Assembly: GCA_951406725.2 (NCBI GenBank)
Contig: OX597820.1
Span: forward strand, 79,732,001-79,796,000
From: Octopus vulgaris
Taxonomy: Eukaryota
Direction of reading: 5' to 3'
DNA: 64,000 nucleotides
Part shown: positions 38,160 to 50,290 of the stretch, piece after piece
Layout of the letters: each line of letters opens with the position of its first letter
How positions within the stretch are numbered: the first letter of the stretch is position 1
Notes under the pieces: model-generated
What the model was told of the DNA's origin: nothing
Seen by the model: only the letters and a program-made list of their open reading frames with translations
The model's database searches: none
Made by a program: the position numbers and the translations under genes

Positions 38160-38690
38160 AATTAAATGTCACTTCTATCAAACCGGATTTTCCTTTTGTG
38201 AGGGTTAAAATCCCACACTTCCCCTTGCACTCGAAGCATTTCTCTACGAAGAGTAAATGAGGTTTTCACTTTCATCGAATTCTGTATACACGGGCCAGTA
38301 ACTGGCATTTGCTGTACTACTGCAAGGTTCACTCTTTGTTGCGGCGTGTTGGCTTGCGTGCCTTAATGACCTTAAGAGATATGCCAGTAGAGCGCAAGCT
38401 TCAGGTAGGGCCATCCATATTGAGCGAGTCAAAATATAGAGGCCTCATCAATTTGGACCACCTCTTCTTAGAGGTAAGAATGGGTTTGCATAGGATCAAC
38501 ACCCTTACATAGAAAAATGCGAAGTTAGAGAAGCATCGATAACGATACAAAACCAATAAGACTTGGGAGAGGAAGAGCAGCACAAAATCGAGATCAGTGA
38601 AGAAAACTTTTGTCGATAGCCTATCTTCCAAAGGAAACGAAAGGCTTAAGTGAGTACCACGACTGCGAAAACTGCTGTTACTGTTATTAG
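38160..38690 (-). mobile_element. Probable decayed CR1/Jockey-group LINE 3' fragment
   Basis: Weak resemblance of broken minus-strand frames to LINE RT C-terminal motifs. Confidence 0.35.
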
Positions 38691-39049
38691 TCATATATTA
38701 TTGTCGTGTAGTCTCAGGTCAGACTATGCTCTTCTTCCTATTTTTTAAGGAAATTTGAAGGTGATTGCACTGTTAATTCTAATAATCACATGGAAAATGT
38801 TATTGTCCCGCTATTGCTTACTGAGGCGGTTTTTGTCATCGTTGTTTGTGATCATGTTGTCTAACCCACAACAGGCGCCAGCTCTGATCAAAAAGAAGTT
38901 CTAGACCATGAAATTTTGTTTTCATCCTTATCATCTCGGACGACATTATCTAATGCAACTATTCTAGTTTTAAAGACTGTAGAATGTGATTTGAGTAAAA
39001 TTTAGTTTCTTATTAAAACATAGACTAACGACAAAGAAAATATATCTTT

Positions 39050-41110
39050 GGCTCGTATCAACCATACAATCTCTGATTTAGATACAAGGCCAGCAGATTT
39101 GAGGATTTATTTTCAAAATAATTGCATTTTCCGTCATCTTTTGTTATTTGTCTAGTTTTTCTATTTGTTGTTGTATTGCTATTGCTGTATTTCTTGGTGT
39201 ACATCGAGAAAGACTTTATTCTATCGTTTTATCAATCTTTTCCAACGATTGTTATCTCAGCCATTTTGAAACGATAGAACTTACTTGTCTTGTTAGGAAG
39301 TCGCAAATCCAGTTTGACAGATAAATTCGGTTCGGTTGGATTTGAATTCAAGACGTAATTAAATAGTGCAAAGCATTTTACCGGGTGTTCTACCAATTTT
39401 GACCCACACTCAGATCTTCCTTGGTCACAAAACCAGAAAGGATATAAACGATCAAATTAATCCAAGAAGAATAAAAGGCTTACTCGACCTCGATGAGATT
39501 TGAACTGATAATATTGATATGTAATTAAATACTATAAAACGTTCGATCCTGCATTCCGAGTACTTTCGCCAGTCAGCACTAACGTCCAGTAATAATATTT
39601 CGTACACAACGAAGTAAAATTTTGAGGGACGAGTTAATCGAATAAATTAACCCAATACGACTGTGCTACTCTATTTTATGGACTAAACAATCTCTGATTT
39701 AGATGCAAGTCCAGCAGATTTGAGGATTTACTTAATACTATCGGACCATCGGTAACAGTATTTGATTGGTATCTTATTTTATCGACGTCTAAACGATGAA
39801 GAGCAAAGCTGATCTCGGTGCTATTTGAAGTCAGAAAATGAAGTGCCGGAAGTAATGCTAAGCATTTTGCCAGACATGCTAATTATTTCTCCTCTAGGCA
39901 CCAGGCCTTGAATATAATTTGGAGGAACTGGTACTTATATAATCGACCCCGAAAGGATGAAACGCAAAGTCGTCCTCGACGGAATTTGAACGCAGAACGT
40001 AGCGGCAGCCGAAATACCTATTTCTTTACTACCCACAAGGGGTTAAACACAGAGAGGACAAACAAGGATAGACAAACGGATTAAGTCGATTATATCGACC
40101 CCAGTGCGTAACTGGTACTTAATTTATCGACCTCGAAAGGATGAAAGGCAAAGTCGACCTCGGCGGAATTTGAAATCAGAACGTAACGGCAGACGAAATA
40201 CGGCTAAGCATTTCGTCCTGCGTACTAACCATTCTGCCTTATGCTAGTCTAGTAATAACGGTTCTAAAGCTTGTTGCAGGGCCATCTGTGTTTTGAGGGG
40301 AGGGGGAAGTCGATTAGATCGATTCCAGTATTTGACTAGTAATTTATTTTATAGCACCCGAAGAAATGGAAAGCAAGTTGCAGAATTCGAACTCAGAGTG
40401 TCTAAAGATCTGCCAGCTCACCGTCTTCATCACCTTATAAATAACGATCTCCGATTAAGACACGAGGCCAGCAAGCCATTTTGAAAGGTGCGTTAGTCGA
40501 TAGCATCAACTTGAATGGTACTTAATTTTATTGACCCCGAAAAGATGAAAGGCAAAGTTGGCTTCGGCGGGGTTTGAACCCAGAATATGACAAGCCGGGA
40601 GAAAAGCTGCATTATATTTTGTTCGTTGCTCTAAAGACTCCACAAATCCAGCATCTTCACCTCTACTATTAATAATAAGTTTTGATTTAGACATAAGGAC
40701 AGCGATTTTAAGGGGAAGGGTTAGGAATACCATCAACCCCAGTGCTAGACTGGTACTTGTATCTTATCGACTCCCCACCACCAGAGGGACGAAAGCTAAA
40801 GTTGATTAGAACACAGAACGCAAAAAGCCAGAAGAAATAACGCAAAACATTTTTTCTGGCGCTCTCCCGATTCTGCTGCTCGCTGCCAACTCTTCATCCT
40901 CACCTCTTCTATTAATTCTTTCTACTATAGTTACAAGGCGCGAAATTTTGAGGAGAGGATGAAGTCAAATACATCACCCCACCACCCTCGTTCCCATCTG
41001 GTATATATTTTATCGACCTCGAAAGGATGAAAGGCAAAGTCGACTTCAGCGGAATTTGAACTCAGAACGTAAATACCAAAGATTTACCGCTAAACATTTT
41101 ATCCGATTCT
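39050..41110 (-). mobile_element. Cluster of co-oriented family A SINE units of varying age (best preserved 39890-40240)
   Basis: Repeated tatcgacc.cgaaaggatgaaaggcaaagtcgacc.cggcggaatttgaac motif. Confidence 0.75.
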
Positions 41111-41283
41111 ATCAAATAATAACCCTCTCCTTTTCTATTAATAATGGTTATGCTTGTCAAATTGGAAAGAATCTTGTTTATATCACTGAATTAATTCTTA
41201 ACTGAAAATTCTACATTTTGTGAAGATTAATATCTTTGGTGTTTACGCCCAAAATATGCAAAGTGAGCACGTTCACTCTTGTC

Positions 41284-42206
41284 AGCTAAGTATGGAACCA
41301 ACTAACGGTTTTAACGATTCAAGAGAGAGAAAAAAAGAAAGTGAAAGAGAGAGAGGGAAAAGCGGGGGAGAAAAGAGAGAGAGGGAAAGCGTGAGAAAGA
41401 GGAAGACGAAGGAGGAGAGAGCTAAGTATGGAACCAACTAACGGTTTTAACGATTCAAGAGAGGGGAAGAAAGAAAGAGAAAGAGAGAGAGAGAGAGAGG
41501 GGAAAAGTGTGGGAGAGAGAGAGATAGAGAGAGGGAAAGCGTGAGAAAGAGAGAAGAGAGAGAGAGAGAAGACGAAGAAGGAGAGAGCTAAGTATGAAAC
41601 CAACTAACGGTTTTAACGATTCAAGAGAATAGAGGGAAACAAAGAAACAGAGAAAGACAGAGGGAGAGGAGAAAGTGAGATGGGGAAAGTGAGGGAGAAG
41701 AAGAGAGAGAGGGAAAGCGTGAGAAAGAGAGGAGAGAGAGAAAACGAAGGAGAGAGAGAGAGGGAAAACGTGAGAAAGAGAGGAGAGAGAGAAGGAGAGG
41801 AGAAAGAGAGGGAGAGGAGAAAGAGAGGGAGACGAGGAATAGAGAGGGAGAAAGTGAGGGAGAAAAAGAGAGAGGGAAAGCGGGAGAAAGAGAGAGAAGG
41901 AGTGAAAGAGAGAGAAGCCGAAGGAGAAAGAGAGAAGAGGAAGAAGGAGAGAGAGAAGACGGAGAGAGAGAGAGACAAAGGAGGGAGAGAGAAAGAAAGG
42001 GAAAACGCGAGAAAGCGAGAGGAGAAAGAGAGAGGGAGAAAGTGAGAGAGAAAAAGGGAGGGAGGGAAAGCGTGAGAAAGAGAGAGGAGTGATAGAGATA
42101 GAAGCCGAAGGAGAAAGAGAGCAGAGGAAGGAGAGAGAATACGAAGAGGGAGGAGAGAGAGAGAGGGAAAACGTGAGATAGAGAGAAGGGGAGAGAGAGA
42201 AAAAGA

Positions 42207-42241
<35 letters not shown>

Positions 42242-42245
42242 AAAT
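41284..42245. repeat. Polypurine (AG-rich) minisatellite with three 42-bp anchor repeats
   Basis: agctaagtatggaaccaactaacggttttaacgattcaagag at 41284, 41420 and 41586; recurring gggaaagcgtgagaaagag. Confidence 0.9.
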
Positions 42246-42674
42246 AGGAAATAACTCCAATTTTCACAACTTCCAAACTAGTCGTTTTTCTTTTTGATTT
42301 AGAAATGTTCCCATTTCTACATAATTCTATGAAAACTCTATGTTTTCTGATCAAATATTTGTCTCTCTGTTGCGTGTCTTTTTGCAAAAGTAAGAACTTC
42401 CATTTTAGCGTTGAGATAGTATTTTATCCGTCAATTTGCGACCGTCGTCTGAACATAAAAACATAAGAAAGAAACCAAAAAGGGTGCAACCGCGGTTGTG
42501 AGGTTAAGAAGATCGCTTTCAGTGACATTGCGTGGCACCTCGGGCAAGCATCTTCTACTTTAGTCCCAGACCGACCAATGCCTTGTGAGTTGATTTGATA
42601 GAGGGAAACTGTATAGAAGCTCGTCGTATATACATAACTGTAAATATAATATGTGACAGCTATTCGATAGCCAT

Positions 42675-42735
42675 GATAAAACTCCGAGTCTCGGATGTCA
42701 GGGCGGAAATCCACGCTAGCATCTCTTCAGTTATC
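42675..42735 (-). ncRNA. Hammerhead-like motif, GAAA mutated to GAGA
   Basis: gataa-CTGAAGA-gatg...catc c-GAGA-ctcggag-TT-ttatc. Confidence 0.6.
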
Positions 42736-42796
42736 GATAACTGAAGAGATGCCGACGTGGATTTCCGCTCCTACATCCGAATCTCGGAGTTTTATC
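42736..42796 (+). ncRNA. Hammerhead-like motif, GAAA mutated to GAAU
   Basis: gataa-CTGAAGA-gatg...catc c-GAAT-ctcggag-TT-ttatc. Confidence 0.6.
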
Positions 42797-43000
42797 ATGG
42801 CTACCGAATAATTGTCATTATATTTAGAGATAAATTCCTTTATTTACATAATATCGAGGTCTCTTTCATTCTTTTGTTGTCTTGCCTTTTCTATCATTAT
42901 ATATATATATATATATATACAATTGCAGCGTGGAAGGTGTTTATAAGCCATTTAAGAAACACACAAAAGCCGTTCGATTCACTTCAACATTTAAGTTTAA

Positions 43001-43050
43001 TTTGTCAAAATATTTTCGTCGCTAAAGTCCGCGACCTGTTCACTGACAAA
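43001..43050 (-). ncRNA. Minimal type I hammerhead-like ribozyme, G3:C8 core
   Basis: tttgtca-GTGAACA-g-gtcgc ggacttta gcgac-GAAA-atat-TT-tgacaaa; 7-bp stem I and 5-bp stem II, both perfect. Confidence 0.78.
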
Positions 43051-43165
43051 AATCCGTGCTGCATCACGTTTCATGTTGTTTACGGTTTGCGACGTCCTGT
43101 ACCAATATATGCATATATATATACGCGTGTTTTTGTGTACACATATAAAAATATATATATATAAG

Positions 43166-43201
<36 letters not shown>

Positions 43202-43212
43202 GTATATATATA

Positions 43213-43267
<55 letters not shown>

Positions 43268-43325
43268 CTTATATATATATATTTATATATATTTATATTA
43301 TATATATATATATATATATTTATAT

Positions 43326-43384
<59 letters not shown>

Positions 43385-43393
<9 letters not shown>

Positions 43394-44399
43394 TGAGGGT
43401 ACTACTATTCGTAGATACCAACACGCTAAGAGGGACCAATGCGGTCAAAACTACTAAAAATAAACAAAATTTTACCGAATGCAAAACTTCAAAACACATC
43501 ATTTTAAAAAAGAATTCAGTTACATATCACATGTGATTTCGCATTTAAATGCAGAATATGCATTTTATGTTCATCAGTGCAACAAACTCAAGAAATATAA
43601 GAGAAAAACATAACATTACAAGCTCGATAGCCAACCGTAGAATTCGTCGTAGCATGTCCGAATGTTTATCTTTACATATCTATGAAAATGGCGGGCTTAT
43701 TCGCAATGCATTTCGGTACCAAATTGTCTATTCGGAATAATCACGGAATACTATTCGGAATACTACGAATAGCAGTACCCTCAATATAATATAAATGAAT
43801 ATTTTCAAAGAGGAAGAATTTACGGATTTTTTCTCTTACGAGGTTTTTCACCCTGACTACTGATAATTTCTTTTAAAGATTTTATCCTCAATTGTTAATT
43901 TATATTTTTCACCGGAATAGTTCAATACTGAATTTTTATTCCGAATAGACAATTTGTTACCGAAATGCATTGCGAATAAGCCCGCCATTTTCATAGATAT
44001 GTAAAGATAAACATTCGGACATGCTACGACGAATTCTACGGTTGGCTATCGAGCTTGTAATGTTATGTTTTTCTCTTATATTTCTTGAGTTTGTTGCACT
44101 GATGAACATAAAATGCATATTCTGCATTTAAATGCGAAATCACATGTGATATGTAACTGAATTCTTTTTTAAAATGATGTGTTTTGAAGTTTTGCATTCG
44201 GTAAAATTTTGTTTATTTTTAGTAGTTTTGACCGCATTGGTCCCTCTTAGCGTGTTGGTATCTACGAATAGTAGTACCCTCAATATAATATAAATGAATA
44301 TTTTCAAAGAGGAAGAATTTACGGATTTTTTCTCTTACGAGGTTTTTCACGCTGACTACTGATAATTTCTTTTAAAGATTTTATCCTCAATTGTTAATT

Positions 44400-44402
<3 letters not shown>
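43385..44402. mobile_element. PLE-like non-coding element with ~355-bp inverted repeat plus ~140-bp direct repeat, in (TA)n
   Basis: 43385-43740 inverted at 43935-44292; 43762-43901 repeated at 44262-44401; HHR 3' half GAAAtgcaTT at 43962-43971. Confidence 0.8.
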
Positions 44403-44440
<38 letters not shown>

Positions 44441-44964
44441 TATAAATAATATCTATGTGTATTGTGTGTGTTAATCTTAGTTGTTTTGTCCTGTTATTTT
44501 GCAATATGATGGGGCACTCTTCACTTTTGTAAAGTACAAATAATCATTCTTAAACAAGAATATTATTGACTGTCTAACGATGGCTTAACTAGCCAAAACT
44601 TCGCAGTCCCTGTCAATAACATCCCTGTTTAAAAATAATATGTATATATGTATATATTTGTGCGTATGTACGTGTGTTTGTGTCCCCTCAGTTTGACAAC
44701 TGGTATTCGTAACATAGTGGTTCGGTGAAAGAGATCGATAGAATAAATACTTGATTAAAAAAAATAGCAAGTATTTCGGGTGGTCCTGTTTGACTGACAC
44801 TTTATTTTATCGTTCCCAGAAGGATGAACGTCATAGCTGACTGTGGTAGGATTTGAAATCAGAACGTAAAGAACCAAAACAACAACAACAACAACAAAAA
44901 CTGTACGGCATTTTTACTGACACCGTAACGGTTCTGCCAATTTATTACTCTCAATTATATTGAT

Positions 44965-45360
44965 ACAAGGCGACCTGGCAGAATCGCTGGCGCGCCGGGC
45001 GAAATGCTTAGCCGTATTTCGTCTGCCGCTACATTCTGAGTTCAAATTCCGCCGAGGTCGACTTTGACTTTCATCCTTTTGGGGTCAATTAAATAAGTAC
45101 CAGTTACGCACTGGGGTCGATGTAAACGACTTAATAATAATAATAATAATAATAATCCTTTCTACTATAGCCACAAGGCCTGGATTTTCTGGGGAGGGGG
45201 ACAGTCGTTCACATCGTCCTCAGTACTCAACTGGCACTTAATTTATCGACCCCGAAAGGATGAAAGCAAAGTCGACCTCAGCGGAATTTGAACCCTGAAC
45301 GTAGCGGTACACAAAATACCAGTAAGCATTTCGCCCGGCGTGCCAGAGATTCTGCCGGGT
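44965..45360. mobile_element. Two family A SINEs tail-to-tail around (AAT)n
   Basis: Plus copy 44965-45135, minus copy 45155-45360. Confidence 0.8.
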
Positions 45361-46341
45361 TTACAACAACAACAACAATTATAATGATGGTGATTGTCAA
45401 AGTGGAAAGAATTTTACTTATATTGCTGAAATAATTCTTGACAGAGAATTTAAATTCTTATAAAGATGAAGATCAGTAGATTTGAAGTTTGCGTTAAAGA
45501 AACTAGGCGAATGGAGCACGTTCACACCAGTAAATATGCAGAGAGAGAGAGAGAGAGAGAGGTGGGTAGGAGAGAAGACAACTTGTTACTAATTTAACTC
45601 AAATGACTATTTTCACAGCTCTTAAATATATATTGAAAAAAAGAAAAAAAGGAATTTACCATCTATTGATGAATTAATGAAGCTATACAAGTATTCCTCA
45701 TCAAGTGCTTTTACTCTCTCTTGAGAGTTTTTCAGAAGCAATAGTTACTTTGATTCTATTTATAAAGCGGTTTCATCTTCCATTTATACGACCATTGATT
45801 ACAAACGAAACATTCTCAAACAATCCCATATTGACCAAATGAAACACAACATCACTCTCTCTCTCATAAATATGCTTATTCAAAACCACGGTCGCAATCA
45901 TAGCATGAGCTGCAATTTATTCTCACAGCGCAAGCCGATGTTTAATTATATGGAACAAACCAAAACTTGCTTACATAATTATTTTTAAAAATTGTAGTAG
46001 TACTACGCTTCTGAAATGATGAAATTATTTCAAGCTGATTTTGTTTCACCACTGCCTCTTTTTTTTAATGATTATTCAGTTAGTTTCTTCTACACTCTAA
46101 GCTAAATTGCCTGAGTCATGAATATGTTTATCTATAGTTCAAGGTTTCGTATCAAGTTAAAGGCATTGGGTTTGTCATTGTAGAAATGGTATATAAAAGT
46201 TGAGTGTTTAGTTCTCAAATGCCGTATGTGTTCGAATAAAGATATTTTTTCGGCAATTTTCCTATTTGTTACAAAGGTAATATGTGCGTGAATTCACTAC
46301 AAAATAGCGACTTTATATCATATATATATATATATATATAT

Positions 46342-47472
46342 ACCGGAGTAAACACATAAATGTGAAACAAGGTGGAAAAAAGAGTACTCAAATACCAGTG
46401 GTAGAGTAATATGCTTTATTTTAAGCAGCAGAAAATTCAACAAAATCTGTTACTCTGAGTTTCTCGTTGCCGTTCATCAGACAGTTTTTGCTAGAATGGA
46501 ACATATATATTAATTCAATCTATACTCTTACAAACGCTACACATTTAAAAAGAAATGGACTTGTTTGATTGGCCCTTTAGAAAAAACGGTCAATCTTCGA
46601 GCGATAAACAAAAAGGTCAAAATATATGTATATATATATAAAAAAAACTTATAAAAATTATAAAATCCGAGGGAAAAAACCGAGGAAAAAACCTATTGCC
46701 GTTAATGAAGACAGTACAAATTAATGCATAGAAATTAAACCTGTTATAAATACTGCAATACATATTTATATTAAAATCCACATATATATATCAACATACA
46801 CAAAAGGATGCGCGTAAACGCCATACATACATATACAGACGTATGAATATGAATCTAAATTATACACATAAAAGCATGTGTACATATATTCACGCAAACC
46901 GTCTCGCACGCAAGCTAAAATTCATCTATGTAGCAATTCTCAGTATATGAGAATTGCTACATAGATGAATTTTAGCTTGCGTGCGAGATTTGCGTGAATA
47001 TATGTACACATGCTTTTATGTGTATAATTTAGATTCATATTCATACGTCTGTATATGTATGTATGGCGTTTACGCATCATCCTTTGTGTATGTTGATATA
47101 TATATGTGGATTTTAATATAAATATGTATTGCAGTATTTATAACAGGTTTAATTTCTATGCATTAATTTGTACTGTCTTCATTAACGGCAATAGGTTTTT
47201 TCCTCGGTTTTTTCCCTCGAATTTTATAATTTTTATAAGTTTTTTTTATATATATATACATATATTTTTGACCTTTTTGTTTATCGCTCGAAGATTGACC
47301 GTTTTTCTAAAGGGCCAATCAAACAAGTCCATTTCTTTTTAAATGTGTAGCGTTTGTAAGAGTATAGATTGAATTAATATATATGTTCCATTCTAGCAAA
47401 ACTGTCTGATGAACGGCAACGAGAAACTCAAATGTAAAGATTTTGTTGAATTTTCTGCTGCTTAAAATAAAG
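46342..47472. mobile_element. PLE-like element forming a ~1.06-kb palindrome (arms 46414-46942 and 46948-47472) in (TA)n
   Basis: Centre gcaattctca-gtata-tgagaattgc; arms match out to ctttattttaagcagcag. Confidence 0.8.
46447..46484 (-). ncRNA. Minimal type I hammerhead-like ribozyme, canonical core
   Basis: ctgt-CTGATGA-acg gcaa cga-GAAA-ctcagag-TA-acag; GNRA-capped stem II with a basal mismatch; damaged inverted copy at 47402-47439. Confidence 0.72.
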
Positions 47473-48312
<840 letters not shown>

Positions 48313-48314
48313 AT

Positions 48315-48712
48315 AAAGGCCGGAGGAACTCTTGAGAGTCAACGGCCATCCAATAAATGTCTTAAGGCTGTATCATGCGCGGGGACATAGAAATAATCGG
48401 ACTGAATACCCGATCGCGCGGTTAAACCATTGGGAGTGAAGGACCCCTAGCCTTCGTTAGGGCATCTTTTTAGGAGAAGGTAACTCAGGTAACTGGGATA
48501 ACTCCGATATAAAACCTGCGGCTCAGTGGTTACCGATGATGTTGACTTGTTCTTCCTTTCGGATTATAGCTGCTGTTGCTTAGTGAGTGGGATTGACTCA
48601 GTGCACAGCCTTTCCTCACTTTTAAAAAAATCTTCTTGCACAGGCATTGCACGATAGCAACATTGATTAAACTTCGTGCAATGGCCACTCTCGATAACGA
48701 GGGAGCAGCCAC
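48315..48712 (+). mobile_element. RTE-derived non-autonomous element
   Basis: RTE 5' UTR-like motif taggagaaggtaactc...taaaacc; microsatellite on both sides. Confidence 0.5.
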
Positions 48713-49016
48713 CATATATATATACATGTATGTATATATATATATGTATGTATATATATATATATGTATGCATATATATGTATGTATATATATATGTATG
48801 TATGCATATATATGTATGTATGTATATATATATGTATGTATATATATATATGTATGCATATATATGTATGTATGTGTATGTATGTATGAATATATATGTG
48901 TGTATATATATGTATATATATATGTATATATATATATGTGTGTATATATATGTATATATATATGTATATATATATATGTATGTATATATATGTGTATATA
49001 TATATGTATATGTATG

Positions 49017-49047
<31 letters not shown>

Positions 49048-49076
49048 TTATATATATATGTATATATATATGTATG

Positions 49077-49120
<44 letters not shown>

Positions 49121-49174
49121 GTATGTCCATATATATATATGTATGTATATATCAAAAAGCAAAAAGAACAAATA

Positions 49175-49590
49175 TTGTTGTATCTTTGGATGGTCATTGC
49201 GCCAATAACAAACACAAACACTGGTTCAATTTTACTTCTTTTATTATTATTAGTTAATTCGTCAATATTTGACCAATTAACTAATCGGTTGTTTGATTAA
49301 CCCTTCGGTTAGTCAATCATTCAGCTTGGCTTCTCAAAGTTCTTTCGTCGTCATTCACGACCTCTTCAATGACACACCCTCTCCTCCAAGTTTGCTTGAA
49401 ATCTCTGATGTAGAGTGCGCATGTCATTGATGTGACCACGAATAGTGACGAAGGGACTAATAAATAAGTGATTGATTGATTAAGCAAGTGATTAAACAAG
49501 TAATCGATTTAATAGTTGGTTAAATAACTAATCATTTTATTAATAGCGAAGAAGTGAAATTGAACAAGTATATGTCTCTAGATACAACAC
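49175..49590. repeat. Old imperfect inverted repeat
   Basis: gttcaattttacttctt vs aagaagtgaaattgaac; tttgaccaatta vs tagttggttaaa; gttgtatct vs agatacaac. Confidence 0.6.
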
Positions 49591-49710
49591 AATCTGTTTT
49601 AACACACGAGTTCACATCAACAATTTTGCGAACCAAATACGAAAGCGAAAAGGAAAAATACTTCGAGAAATTTATCAAGGATAAAAGAAAGAATTTACCG
49701 TATTAATATA

Positions 49711-49752
49711 TGCTACCGGTTTCAATAATTTAAAACACGACTTAGTCATACT
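49711..49752 (-). ncRNA. Decayed hammerhead-like motif, A3:U8 core
   Basis: gt-ATGACTA-agt...att-GAAA-ccgg-TA-gc; weak stems I and II. Confidence 0.45.
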
Positions 49753-49854
49753 GAAATAAAAGGAAAATAAATTGACATAAATTAAAGTAATTTTTCATGA
49801 TATCTTTTCTGTAAGTCCAGTAGTACTGCTGTTGCTACCACTACGACACAGAAA

Positions 49855-50290
49855 CAATAAAATACGGGTGCAGCAGAAACAGGAAGAACAAGTGAGAGAA
49901 AGTTGTGGTGAAAGAGTACAGCAGGGTTCGTGACCCCGCTGCCGGAGCCGCGTGGAGCTTTAAGTGTTTAAGAAACCGCGATCTCACGACCGCGAGTTCG
50001 CTGCCCTAAGCACTGTGCCATCGCGCCTCCACTCCACTGAAGTTAACCTGTAAGTAACAATATTGTTGAATATCATAGAAAGTTATGTATTCACGCTGAT
50101 CCTCCTGACTATTTCAAAAATAACCCCGGTGTTTATTTCAAACACAAGGCCCGAAATCTTTTGGGAGGGGGCCAGTCGATTAGATCGACCCCAGTACGCA
50201 ACTGGTACTTAATATATCGACCTCCAAAAGATGAAAGGCAAAGTTGACCTCAGCGGAATTTGAACTTAGAACGCAAAGACAGACGAATCA
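49855..50290 (-). mobile_element. SINE family C fragment (49855-50032) and family A fragment (50140-50290)
   Basis: Similarity to other copies. Confidence 0.75.

Larger units (their letters stand above)
42641..42900. mobile_element. PLE-like pLTR fragment forming a spacer-less palindrome (42641-42826)
   Basis: Centre cttcagttatc|gataactgaag at 42735/42736; ~90-bp diverged arms; ends in (TA)n. Confidence 0.8.

Noticed and set aside
41284-41627. Three 42-bp direct repeats with variable spacers as a CRISPR array
   Set aside because: Eukaryotic context; spacers are related AG-rich sequence of unequal length; no cas genes
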